This document shows, piece after piece, positions 27,324-40,477 of a DNA stretch of 64,000 bases (within the stretch, counting starts at the first letter, position 1; each line of letters opens with the position of its first letter). This stretch comes from Octopus vulgaris. Its lineage: Eukaryota. The notes beneath the pieces were generated by a model, which saw nothing but the letters and a program-made list of their open reading frames with translations, was not told the DNA's origin and did no database searches. The translations under genes and the position numbers were made by a program. The stretch is from assembly GCA_951406725.2 (NCBI GenBank), contig OX597835.1:11904001-11968000 (forward strand), given 5' to 3'.

Positions 27324-27671
27324 ATCAATATAAATAGCAGTTTGCGATGATTCACTCACAGGGAGAATTATAATCGTCACTAAATAATACTGAGGGTATT
27401 AGAAACACCTACATTGCTAGAAATAAGAGCTAAAATGCTCTAAAACAATAGTTAACGCACATAAATGTAAACATATACACTAAAAGGGATCTTAATCGTC
27501 CGAAAAATGCCGATCGAGAATTCTTAATATTGACGTCAGCTTCGACAATTTCCATTACCTTATCAATTATATATGCATATATGTGCGTGTGTATGTATGT
27601 ATGTATGTATGTATGTATTCTATTTGTATATCTATCTATCCATCTATCTGTCTATGTATCTATTTATCTAT

Positions 27672-27720
<49 letters not shown>

Positions 27721-27741
27721 CATAGAAACATACATACATAT

Positions 27742-27778
<37 letters not shown>

Positions 27779-27780
<2 letters not shown>

Positions 27781-28025
27781 GGAGTAAGCACGTAAATGTG
27801 AAGCAAGGTGGAAAAAAGAGTACTCAATTACCAGAGGTAGAGTAATATGCTTTATTTTAAAGCAGCAGAAATATAACAAAAGCTCTTACTCAGAGTTTCA
27901 CGTCCCGTTCGAAGCGTAGGCTTGAAACGTTAAAGATTTTTTTCACTTCCCGAGCGTTAAACTAATACATCTGTTTGTTGTCTACACCACCTCTCTTCGT
28001 CTTTTGCTTTTTGTGAATTCTCCCC
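27779..28025. mobile_element. Two short PLE-like repeats fused in opposite orientation
   Basis: Left part rc ...cgaacgggacgtgaaactctgagtaag. Right part gaagcgtaggcttgaaacgttaaaga... matches the 1940-2137 family. Confidence 0.5.
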
Positions 28026-28027
28026 AT

Positions 28028-28177
<150 letters not shown>

Positions 28178-28863
28178 TTATATATATACATATATATATG
28201 TACGTGTGTATGTGTTGGATACTACCTTTATTTATTAGAGCGGTAGTCTAATTTAAAGGCCGCTTCTCGTTCGAGATCGTAAGACCCTGGCTGTTCCGGT
28301 TGTTCCTTTTAGATCTACATTAAATCTAATATACTCAACATCTGTACATCGTGGGAACCAGACATATTGCTCTAACACTAGAGTACCATTGAAAATCTTA
28401 TATGAGATCAAAGATTTCATCTCTCACATAACCCATTGTTTTCATTATTTTCTTTCATATTCTGTTTTAAAAATTATCAGTTATAACTACTTTATTCCTT
28501 TTTGACTTGTCTCCATCTCTATTTCTATATCTCAACTATTAAACATTTTATGAAAGCTCTTCTCTGTACTTCTTTGTTATTTTATATTTTATAACCAATA
28601 TTTTGTTGCCTCTTCTTAATTGAAATCAATACTGACAAGTCACGACAGTAGACGTTTTAAATTTAACCTTCCAATGAACAAATTATATACAGAAATAAAT
28701 TCCCCCAAAATATATATGCCAGCTTTCAAGTTGCCGATATCTGTACAATTATATATATATATGTGAGTGTGTGTGTGTGCGTGTGCGTGTGTACATATAG
28801 ATTGATAGATAGATATAGGTTTATACAGATAGATATAAAAATATACAAATATATGCATATACA

Positions 28864-28929
<66 letters not shown>

Positions 28930-28982
28930 CATACATATATATATATGTATGTATGTATATATATACATACATATATATACAC

Positions 28983-29014
<32 letters not shown>

Positions 29015-29941
29015 CGATATAGATAGATATAGACATAGATATATACATGTATAGATACCTATATAGACACGTTTACATGTATTATGTATATATTATATAT
29101 AGATATGGATATGTATATATATGCATATATATTTGTGTGTGTGTGTGTGAGTGTGTGCGTGCATGAGTGTGCATCTATATGCATGTATATTTGGCTCCGC
29201 GTGTGTGAGAGAGAATGTTTGTGCATGCGTGTGTGTATGTGCGAGAGAGTGTAAATATATGCATGAGAACTGCTGCTTAACAAGTAATATTTTGATATTT
29301 TAAATCCAGATAGAAACAGGTACCTCTATCGGTATTAAATTCACAGTCAAGAGACGCAAGTGTTTATAACACAAGCACACAAGCACAAGCGTACATACAC
29401 ATGCACGTACGCACACACTCACACGTATACCACCAACAATGGTGGTATATACGTATATATGTATATACATATATATACACGTATTTATATTCTTATTCGT
29501 GATGGTGGACGAGTTATTACACCATATGAATTTGTAAAATAGTTTTATCAGTGTCAGTCTTAATATTAAAAGCATTACATAAAAGGAATTACATAATCAC
29601 ACAGGACCGACAACACATACCTGTGATGGAAAACTCTAAAGCAAGGTATGAAAGTATCTTATGAATGTGCCAAGACAAAGTTGGTCAGAAACAATACCAT
29701 TATTCATTTCCAGGTGGAATTCCATAATATTTTTGAAGTGAAAATTTTAATTTTAACGTAAATTGTATTTTTAATTCTTGGGGACTGATACTTTATTATA
29801 CAGAGGAGAAAAAGTTTTCAAGTCGATATTTCCGTTCAGTCTGTTGCAGGTGGTTGGTTAAAAATTCAAAACCAAATTTTTCTATGAATATTTTAAAATA
29901 ATGGCATATGAAAACGGATAATGCGGAGATATTGAGTTATT

Positions 29942-29993
<52 letters not shown>

Positions 29994-29994
29994 T

Positions 29995-30140
29995 CATTTT
30001 TCTTTCCTCTAATTCTTTCTGTCGAAGAGCGTAGGCTCGACACGTGAAAGATTTTTTCATTTTTCCCGACCGCTAAACTAATACAACTGGTTGTTGTTCC
30101 TACACCTGTCTTCGACTTTTGTTTTCTGTAAATTTGAACT
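29995..30140 (+). mobile_element. Short PLE-like repeat with an inactivated hammerhead-like motif (30014-30051)
   Basis: tctttctgtcgaagagcgtaggctcgacacgtgaaaga; same family as 1940-2137. Confidence 0.6.
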
Positions 30141-30159
30141 AAATATACATATACGTATA

Positions 30160-30239
<80 letters not shown>

Positions 30240-30302
30240 TAGATAGATAAATTCTTAAATAGAGAGATGGGTAGATAGATAGAAATATATAGATAGACAG
30301 AC

Positions 30303-30377
<75 letters not shown>

Positions 30378-30759
30378 AGCAGCAGGAAACAGGCGTCCTT
30401 TGTAGGGAAATGAAGCTTTAAGGTTCCAAACATGCTACCAGTAGTTTGGCTAGTTTCGCTCGAGATTTTTATTTTTTATCACAGGCTCCCCAGCATGTGG
30501 ATGACCAAGTTCTGTCAATATTGAGCCTTTGAATATTGTAGTTGAATAAAATTCAAAGCACATTACAAGGGAGTTAGTGAAACGACTAAATTCCTGTCAC
30601 GCTTCAGTCATAAAACACATTGATTGGCTAGAAAAGGGGCCTGAGCTTGATCAGTGGCTCCCTCATTTGGTTACTTCTCAGGATAATCCCTGGCCCTCAG
30701 GATAATCCCTGGCCCTCTTTCCATCATTCTAGAGCAGACTTGCCACCGACAATTTCCTG

Positions 30760-31370
30760 GCTAAATCATCAAAAGTGATGCATAATAATGATAATAATAT
30801 CCAACGAAGACAGCAATGCTTAGACCCAATGAAAAATGAGAATCTGACCCCGAACCAGGACTACACTTGAAAAAAGTCACGACTGGTCTGTGAGCTAGGA
30901 AGGATGTTGTCTCTCGTGAACTGTTAAACCAAAACGAAACAGCTATTTGTCGTCAATTGTAAGCATTGCAGAAAAATTTTTAGGAAAATGGCTCATCATT
31001 GGTTAATCGTAATGGGATGTGGCTTTTATACGACAATGGAAAATCACATTATCCACATCACTCATAAAAGACGTTAAAACTCTAAATGAACAAGATTTAC
31101 GTCATCCTCCTTACTCTCATGACGTTGCTTCTTAGTATCTGAATATATTTTCATATCTGAAGCATTATTTAGAGAGAAAACAATTTATTAATCGTAAAAT
31201 CATTAAAAACGACATCGAGTGTTTCGTTTCTGCGAAACCTGAAGAATTTTACGCCAAATAGATGGGATTATGTTATCAATAATAAAATATTATCTTGATC
31301 AAATAAATCAATTAAGACCAAAGAACCATTTGTTTCTTTCCCATGAGATAGAATTTTCTTTCCGACCTAA
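30760..31370 (+). mobile_element. Highly degenerate mariner transposase remnant
   Basis: LVNRNGMWLLYDNGKSH (~LLHDNARPH) at ~31000 and HPPYSHDVA (~HPPYSPDLA) at ~31103; multiple stops and deletions. Confidence 0.75.
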
Positions 31371-31708
31371 AATTTTTGCGTATGTGTCTGAGTTTGTGCG
31401 TATATACATGTGAAAGCTACTGATCTATTAGTTTGGGTCTTCTTATGGTCATAAAGTCGTGGGCTTTCGACTCCCGGACCGAAACAAACTTCGTCTCACA
31501 TTCCTCTAGTACAATTGGTACTGCTTTCTCACCCGGCTGTTGGCACATCTGCAATGTTACGCAGGATCAAAGGTATCAGAGCCGAAAAGGAGCCTGTCTG
31601 CTCGCGACTAAAGGGGCACCTGAGAAAGTTAGCAAAAGCATGGTTCAAACTATCAAATATACGATTGCAAATGACGGCCGAGAAAGATATGAATACATTC
31701 TACATACA

Positions 31709-31740
<32 letters not shown>

Positions 31741-32423
31741 GATACACACACACACTTACAGACACACATACACAAACACACGCAAACACATACACACATA
31801 CGCATATATATGTGTATACACACAGATATCATTTATATACTGTTTACAAAGAGAAAATATTGAGAAAAAATTGCAAATGCGACAAAATCTTTGAGTTCGT
31901 GAATGTGTGAGAGAGAGAGAGTGTGTGTGTGTGGGTGTGTGGATGTGTGTGTGGGTGTGCGTGTGTGCGCGTGTATTTTGTGCAATTAAAACCACCTGAA
32001 ATCTTTAACATAAGTGGAGAATAATATTTAGAAGAAAAAACAAAAATATAAAGATGTGTTATTAACAGAATAAATATTTTTGCATCATAGTTCAACAGAA
32101 ATTATATTTTATCGTCGCTCGCGATCTTAAAATAATCGATTTCTGTTTTTATAAGAAAGGTGTTATCTATTACCAGAATGTGTTACCTGATGTGTTGGTG
32201 GGGTGGTTGGAGCTGCTGTTTGTGTTGGTGTCGTTGTTCTTGTTGCTCCCGATATAAATGAAAAGGACACCTCGAAGGACGCCTGTGCAGCGGATTATAC
32301 TCAGATATATACATTTACAAACATAAACATGCATACCTACATACATACATACATACATATATAGATATATAAACATATACACGCACACCCCTCATATACA
32401 TACACATTTGTACATATATCCAG

Positions 32424-32459
<36 letters not shown>

Positions 32460-32487
32460 TCTCAGCAATACACAGTCACAGACACAC

Positions 32488-32553
<66 letters not shown>

Positions 32554-32627
32554 GGGCGGAGAGTCATTTTCTTTTTGTGCCTTATAATCTAACACACTCA
32601 CCAAAAAAGAAATGTATATATGTATGA

Positions 32628-32875
32628 ATATGGTACTCATCGTTCACGGATTTGGTACTAATTCTCCTCTCAGGGGATGCTGCAGTTTCATTAGCAATAA
32701 TATAATCAAATATTATTATTAGTGGTTATCAAGTAAAGATGTAGTTATTTCCATTCTTGTTTTTGTAATACTCTAAATGTTTCCAAATTCTAAGCGATTC
32801 TGGGATTAACTTGCGATGATAATTCTCCTTGCATTCATTGCCACCAAATTCGTTTAATACTGAGTGTTTAACAGA
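32628..32875. repeat. ~250-bp direct repeat, copy 1 (copy 2 at 34053-34309)
   Basis: atatggtactcat...ttgccaccaaattcgtttaatactgagtgttt is shared with scattered substitutions and one short indel. Confidence 0.9.
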
Positions 32876-32883
32876 TATATACA

Positions 32884-32919
<36 letters not shown>

Positions 32920-33438
32920 TATGCGAACTTTAGGTTGATTAAATTATGATTGTGACATATCTCAACTTGTAAAGGCAAATCCACTGCAGTTAGAATGAGA
33001 AGAAATGCAGTGGAATTGTTGAAATGTATCACAAATATATTTTAATGAACGTAAAGATCACTGCTCAGCGCTATTACTGTTGACTACACCATACATTGCC
33101 AGCGACGTAATTTTGTGGTGCCAGCATATTTAGATACAGAAAAAAGGTATAAAATACCAGTCAAATCATCGTGGCAATGGAAAATAAGCTAAATTCGAAG
33201 TGAGCTGAGAAAATATCACCTCTAGGTGAACGCATACAAAGTGAACGTTAAGGAGAAATATAATACTCAAACAAAAATCAGTTTAGTTAGATGATGTCAG
33301 TAGATAACGAAAGAATAAGAAAATAAACATATAAATTTTACATCTCGGCAGTTAATTATCTATAAAATATGCTAAAAAATGTTTAGAAAAATTATACATT
33401 ATTAGATTATGGGAAAGGCAGTTATAATTATTAATGGC

Positions 33439-33790
33439 TTATTTATTCTCGAAATATTTAAATTCTTTTCTGTGTTTATTAGAACAGCTCAATGTAGAAT
33501 TATGTCTACAATTTAACAATTCTAATTTAGAAGTAATTATATAATACATTTCCTCAAGGCAAAGATCACATTTAAAATTAGCAGTATTATACGATGATGC
33601 GTAACTAATAATGGACCACATTATATCATAGTTAATGTTTCTGTCTTTTGAAATCCCAAATGCATTTACTGGAATTCGTAAGGTTATATTTTTCCAAACT
33701 TAAATAAAGAACTGTTATGTAATTTAAATTTCCAAATTGTAGCGAAGAATCTATGTAATAAAACGTAGCATTCTTTGTAATGAACTTATA
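33439..33790 (-). pseudogene. Penelope-like element GIY-YIG/C-terminal remnant
   Basis: WSIISYASSYNTANFKCDLCLEEMYYII...ELLNCRH resembles the PLE C-terminal 'W.I...A..Y.....C.LCL.EK..I....CRH' signature. Confidence 0.75.
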
Positions 33791-34052
33791 TTGATATAAT
33801 ATATTTTTTCCTTAAACACTAGTTTTCTATTTCGTTTTTAGATCTGGTTTGCAAGATTCTATATATGAGAGAGTCAAGACGATTGAAAAGGTTGCAAGAC
33901 GCAACGAAATTTTTAGGAAAATAAAAATAAGAAAAAAGTAGAAATATTACCGGTGAGTGTGTTACGTTATAAGGCACAAAAAGAGAATGACTCTCCCCAG
34001 ACAATTTACAGATAATTTTATTTTTGAAATACAGAGGAATCTATTCATTCGT

Positions 34053-34309
34053 ATATGGTGCTCATGGTTAACAGAATTAGTACTAATTCTCCTCTCAGAA
34101 CAGTAGGGGATACTGCAGTATCATTCGCAGTAATATAATCAAATATTATGATTAGGGGTTATCAAGTAAAGATGTGGTTATTTCCATTCTTGTTTTTGTT
34201 ATTCTCTAAATGTCTTCAAATTCTAAGCGATGCTGGGATTAACTTGCGATGATAATTCTCCTTGCATTCATTGCCACCAAATTCGTTTAACACTGAGTGT
34301 TTTATAGAT
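34053..34309. repeat. ~250-bp direct repeat, copy 2
   Basis: See 32628-32875. Confidence 0.9.
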
Positions 34310-34387
34310 GTCTGTATGGATTTATCAATCCCTTTTACTTATATAAATACATACATACACAAACACATACTCACATACACACACACT

Positions 34388-34437
<50 letters not shown>

Positions 34438-34676
34438 AACATATACCCACACACAAACATATATACATGTATGCATCCTTATACACACACGCACCTACGT
34501 ATGCTTGTACGTAAACACTCTCACACAGACGCAGTAATCTGTTACTGCATTTACCTAGCATACTTAGTTGTTTAGATTACCTGTGAAATAAACACCCAGA
34601 CTTTATATATGTGCAATGTTGTGTGTGTTTGTATATTTGTGTGTGTTTGTATATTTGTGTATATATATATATATAT

Positions 34677-34990
34677 AAACAATTGCAGCGTGGAAGGTGT
34701 TTGTAATCCATTTAAGAAACACACAAAAGCCGTTAGATTCACTTCAACATTTAGGTTTAATTTGTCAAAATATTTTCGTCGCTTTAAGACCGCGAACTGT
34801 TCACTGGCAAAAATCCGTGCTGCGTCCGTGCTGCAACTCAGATGCAGCACGGATTTTTTTCAGTGAAGAGGTCGCGGTCTTAAAGCGACGAAAATATTTT
34901 GACAAATTAAACCTAAATGTTGAAGTGAATCTAACGGCTTTTGTGTGTTTCTCAAATGGCTTACAAACACCTTCCACGCTGCAATTGTTT
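34677..34990. repeat. 314-bp near-perfect inverted repeat with a hammerhead-like motif in each arm
   Basis: aaacaattgcagcgtggaaggtgtttgta... / ...tacaaacaccttccacgctgcaattgttt; ~150-bp arms with a 7-nt loop (actcaga) near 34836-34842. Confidence 0.95.
34761..34811 (-). ncRNA. Minimal type-I hammerhead-like motif with G3-C8 core
   Basis: rc UUUGCCA-GUGAACA-GU-UCGC(GGUCUUAAA)GCGAC-GAA-AAUAUU-U-UGACAAA. The mirror copy is at 34856-34906 (+). Confidence 0.55.
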
Positions 34991-35046
34991 TCGTTTCAGC
35001 ACACGATCTCAGATCAAATCACTTGCTATGCAAGTACATCTCCGCA

Positions 35047-35078
<32 letters not shown>

Positions 35079-35942
35079 ATGATAGATATGATAGATATTC
35101 CATACTTTTATTACCAGATATTGATTGGTATCAACGGTTTTATAAGCGTATTCACACATACATCCACAGAAACCTCCCACACACAAATGCACACATGTAT
35201 TTACACGTGTTTGTGTGTGTGTGGAAGTGTGTATTTCTGTGTGTATACACGTACGCAAACATTTATGGATGAAAGGAAGGATACACACAGAGAGACAGGA
35301 ATATACATACACATACACATATATGCATTTATGTGTCTATGTTCGTCTGCATGTGATGTAAGTGTTTGTGTGTGTATATGCGTGCGTGCGTGTGTGTGTG
35401 GGGGGTTGATATATATGTGTGTTTGTGAGATAGTAATTCTATCTTTTTGTTTTTTACTCATCTCACCTGGCTTTTCATATAAAATTTCAGTCAGTCTCTC
35501 TTGTATACACTCACCTGGTTACATCGAATTTGTTATTACTTTTCTGCAACTTCATATGATATATTAGTGTTCATTGTTTTAGTTGCCTGAAGCTAAAGGA
35601 CATAGAATATCTCCACCACTTCCACCACTTAAATCCACTTCCAAATTCGAGAGATTTTTCAAAGAGTGGATTTCGTTATCGATCGATATAATTCTGCTAT
35701 GTCGAAATGTAAAAGATATAAGAGATTACATTACCAACACTACTGAACGAGATCAAGGCAGGTTCCTGACGATGCCATAACGAATATTTTGGTAAATAAT
35801 CGATCTACGTATTTCAATACATTTTTCAATAATCTCGCTCATATATTATCACGAGGTTCCTATCGATCACTCGTTCGAACAATCACAACGACACGACAAA
35901 ACAAAGCTGAAATTTTAATAAAGCTGACCTTCTGATTCATAT

Positions 35943-36363
35943 ACTCTTTTACTCTTTTACTCTTTTACTTGTTTCAGTCATTTGACTGCGGCCATGCTGG
36001 AGCACCGCCTTTAATCGAGCAACTATTCCCCGGAACTTATTCTTTTGTAAGCCCAGTACTTATTCTATCGGTCTCTTTTGCCGAACCGCTAAGTGACGGG
36101 GACATAGACACACCAGCATCGGTTGTCAAGCAATGCTATGGGGACAAACACAGACACACAAACACACACACGCATACATATATATATATATACATATATA
36201 CGATGGGCTTCTTTCAGTTTCCGTCTACCAAATCCACTCACAAGGCTTTGGTCGGCCCGAGGCTATAGTAGAAGACACTTGCCAAAGGTGCCACGCAGTG
36301 GGACTGAACCCGGAACCATGTGGTTGGTAGACAGGCTACTTACCACACAGCCATTCCTGCGCC

Positions 36364-36364
<1 letters not shown>
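35943..36364 (-). mobile_element. SINE family C
   Basis: Near-identical to 24207-24645. Confidence 0.9.
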
Positions 36365-36418
<54 letters not shown>

Positions 36419-36721
36419 ATCTTATACTGTATTGATATGTCTGCATGTATGCATGTGTATATGTATGCATTCTTGAGAAACGAAAGGAAGAGGCACTTAA
36501 CACAAATTTGTAGGGCCTCCATGTATTAATATTTAAAACAGTTTGATTCGGATCCATGCAACTCAAAGTTTTGCGAACATCTAACAGAAACTTCTCCCGT
36601 TCAGATTCAGGTTATCAAATGAAGAAACACAGAAAATCCAAGATGGCTACTGGAAAATTGTAGCCCATTTTCCAGTAGCACTCTTTGAATCCTTATGTAT
36701 CTTCATTCGGTAATCTAAGCC

Positions 36722-37480
36722 TTAACGAGACAGATTTTCGTTAAATGCCCGTGAAACTTTTAGTAGCACAGAGCCGATTTTTTTTCTTTCGAGTAACGTA
36801 TTTTCAAGTTCTTGGAGTAATTTTCCCTGGCTGTCGAGATTGGGAAGACTTGTGCGAATTCTTCTTCCCAAGTTAAACAGGAGTGGTTGTGTGGTAAGTA
36901 GCTTGCCTACCAACCACATGGTTCTGGGTTCAGTCCCCCTGCATGGCATCTTGGGCAAGTGTCTTCTGCTATAGCCCCGGGCCGACCAATGCCTTGTGAG
37001 TGGAATTGGTAGACGGAAACTGAAAGAAGCCTGTCGTATATATGTATATATATATATATGCGTGTGTGTGTTTGTGTGAGTGTGTTTGTCCCCTTAGCAT
37101 TGCTTGACAACCGATGCTGGTGTGTTTACGTCCCCGTCACTTAGCGGTTCGGCAAAAGAGACCGATAGAATAAGTACTGGGCTTACAAAAGAATAAGTCC
37201 CGGGGTCGATTTGCTCGACTAAAGGCGGTGCTCCAGCACGGCCGCAGTCAAATGACTGAAACAAGTAAAATAGTAAAAGAGTAAAAGAGAGTATATTGAT
37301 TTTAGTGCGTTTTGGATGATAGGAAGAGAATCGTAGATATTATTGTGAATCTGTTGGTTTAAACTAGATGTCGGTTTCTATGTTAGTGGCTCATTCTATG
37401 ATTTGGGTGTTCAAAAAAGGGTATCGGTTTTGGACTTTATGCCATCATAGCTTTGATGCTGTTGAGTTGTCTTTTTTCTG
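36722..37480 (-). pseudogene. Penelope-like RT remnant split by a SINE
   Basis: rc 37380-37292 gives IETDI*FKPTDSQ*YLRFSSYHPKRTKINI. After the SINE it continues FNLGRRIRT...LQELENTLLERK. This matches the PLE RT thumb motif 'TD.Y.KPT....YL...S.HP...K..IP..LA.R'. Confidence 0.8.
36878..37291 (+). mobile_element. SINE family C
   Basis: caggagtggttgtgtggtaagtagcttgcc...actgaaacaagtaaaatagtaaaagag. Confidence 0.9.
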
Positions 37481-37512
37481 TTTCTGTTAAATCTTTTACG
37501 GAACTGTTGGAT

Positions 37513-37690
37513 GAAGGTAGTAAGTCACTTCGTTATTTTGCGTTTTGAGTTCAAATTTGACCGTGGTTCACTTTAACTTTCGTCCTCACAGAGTCGATGA
37601 AAATACCAGTTGAACACTGGGGTCGATGTAATTGACTAGTCACCTCCCGTAAAAAAATCTTGTGGCTTTGTGCCCATAGTAGAAAGGTTT
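37513..37690 (+). mobile_element. Degenerate SINE family A
   Basis: gagttcaaattt...gtcgatgaaaataccagttgaacactggggtcgatgtaat...ttgtgcccatagtagaaagg. Confidence 0.7.
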
Positions 37691-37789
37691 ATACATAAGT
37701 GTGTGTATTCAATTACACGCACACACGCACATACACACACATGCACACGCCCACACATGTTTATGCATGTATGTATGTATGTATGTATG

Positions 37790-37833
<44 letters not shown>

Positions 37834-38407
37834 CGTGTGTGTTTGTGTGTGTGTGTATTAATGTGTGATAATATCACAAGGGACACAAATACTATTAAAA
37901 TATATTGAGAACTAAAATATAGCGTGAAATATCTATATTTAGATTAATTCTATACGTTTATAAATCACTTTATTTCACCATAAATGGTTAATTCATATTT
38001 TTAATGATTACAAAATAGCACTATCAGATGCGAAAGCAACAGAAGTGGCATGGAATAATATTGCAAATCGTTTTACTAGAGAAATAATGTAACATAAGGT
38101 CAGACGGGGCTTCAGGAAAATTTCAGCAACCATAAAATAGAATTAAAAAATCACAACAAAAATCAGAGACGAATAAAAAAAATCTTTAATATGAAATCAT
38201 TAAAAATAACTTTAGGAATATATATGAAGAGATAATGAACGGTAAAATGATTAGCTAAAGTAGAGGTTGATATGCATGCAAGAGGAATATTAAGAATGGA
38301 GATGGAAAATTTTTACTGCGTATGTATGAATGTATAAGTTTATGCTGATTTTCTACACATATATATGCTCATATGTGTATAGGGTAGTTCTCATACATTA
38401 TGAACAC

Positions 38408-38454
<47 letters not shown>

Positions 38455-38455
38455 C

Positions 38456-38524
<69 letters not shown>

Positions 38525-38777
38525 TATATATATATGAATATATAAATATATATATATACATGTCTATGTTTATATACGGACATAGTCGCTTGAATATATG
38601 AATATACGTATATACTTAGGTATATATGTATTCATTTATGTACGATCGTATATCCATATATTATATGCATGTATATATGCATATAATATACAATAATGTA
38701 TGTATGTATGCAATAATAATAATGTATGTATGAGTAAGCATAGAGAGAATGGCTACATATATTTATATATATATATA

Positions 38778-38810
<33 letters not shown>

Positions 38811-38814
38811 GATG

Positions 38815-38962
38815 TGTATGTGCCTTTGTGTCTGTGTTTGCCCATCGCTTGACAACAGGTGTTGGTGTGTTTATGTCCCTGTAACTTAATACTGGAGTCG
38901 ATTCGTTCGAGTAAACTCCTTTAAGTCGGTGCCCCAGCATGGTCGCAGTTTAACGACTGAAA
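38815..38962 (+). mobile_element. SINE family C 3' fragment
   Basis: cgcttgacaacaggtgttggtgtgtttatgtccc...ggtgccccagcatggtcgcagt. Confidence 0.7.
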
Positions 38963-39679
38963 TATGCGATAAGCCATGGATAAAAAACTGTGTATTAGTG
39001 CATATTTTCTTCAATCGATGACTTTGATTCCTGTAGCTTTGCTTACCTGCAAAGCAATTTTTTCAATAGCAATTGTTGAAAATATTGTCAATACTCGACA
39101 ATTTATTAAAAAATAGATTGTTTTTTCTGAATTGTATTGGCTACCATAGAATAACGAATTTTTTTCTAACTAATGTTTCTTCTAGCTATATATTTCTAAG
39201 TATCATTCACATCGCGTCAACGCTATCCTCTATTTTATCGAAGTTATTTTTATCTCAAATTATCTCCGGTTTTATGGGGGGGTGAGGGTGGAATTTTCAT
39301 TATCTTACATTTTTATGATTTTTTAAAAAACTTTATGTCAATCGCTTTATGATAAATTTCTTTGTTTGTGTATTTTTCTGGTTCTTTTTTGCTTTCTCGC
39401 TATTTCTCACTTGAACTGATGAAGATGCCACGCGGCCCATGGTTTCTCGTATAAAACATTTTATTACTGTTTTAACCTTTGTCATTCCTGCATTCAATAT
39501 TTGAGATTAAAATTTTAAAGCATTTATCTATAAATTTCAAAGTATTTATCTTAAGCACTTCTCTATCTTATATGAAAAAACGCTACTCTTTGTAAGCTTA
39601 TTGGCTTATTTATAATTATATAGACACACACAGAAACTCATATCTATGTTTAAATGTGCCACGCTTTAAGAATATCATT

Positions 39680-40069
39680 TTTTCTTTTACGTGTTCCAGT
39701 CATTAGACTGCGGCCATGCTGGGGCACCGCCTTGAAGAACTTTAGTTGAACGAATTGATCTCACTATTTACTGTTTTTCTAAAGCCTGTTATTTATTTCA
39801 AAGGTTTCTTTTGCTGAAGCGTTAAGTTACTGGAATATAAACACGCCAACACCGGTTGTCAGTCGGTGTTGGAAAGCAAGCACATACACAAAGAGACATG
39901 CTCATAGATATATATACATATATATGACGGGCTTCTTTCAGTGTCCGTCTTTCAAATCCACTCACATGGCTTTAGTCAGCCCGATGCTATAGTAGCCAAG
40001 TAGCAGGACGGAACTAAGAATCATGTGCTCGGGAAGCAAATTCCTTGCCACACAGCCACGCCTGCGCCT
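39680..40069 (-). mobile_element. Degenerate SINE family C
   Basis: gactgcggccatgctggggcaccgcc...gacgggcttctttcag...cacacagccacgcctgcgcct. Confidence 0.82.
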
Positions 40070-40143
40070 AATTTTATATACAATATATATATAAAGACAG
40101 ACAGACAGAGAAGCAGGCAGGCAAGCAGGCAGATAAATAGATA

Positions 40144-40188
<45 letters not shown>

Positions 40189-40477
40189 TGGAATTCAAAT
40201 GCCCACAGCTATTTAATATCTTGCGAAAAAATCCCGAGAGCTCCACATGGAGAGCGGGTAGACGTTTTGAAGAAGCAGCTTGACTTTCAGCTGTTCAAAA
40301 TCACAACAGAAATTACACCCGAAGCCATGCTAATAAATTAGGAGTAAAATTTAGGACTTCTCGGTTTTCTGAGAATCGATTTTGATCAAACTTCTTCGCA
40401 GCTGGTTTGTACACTATGGCAACACCATTGTCGTGTTTTCAGTATTCTGTGAAACGTTCTTTCTTTTTTATTTCAGA

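Noticed and set aside
30677-30717. 19-bp tandem duplication ctcaggataatccctggcc (similar small duplication at ~50663-50707)
   Set aside because: Ordinary local slippage duplications with no further structure.
39416-39450. CUGAUGA motifs here and at 46344 and ~60130 (-), plus partial motifs at 35765 and ~41950-41990 (-)
   Set aside because: A properly spaced GAAA or supporting stems are missing; these are chance matches or too decayed to call.
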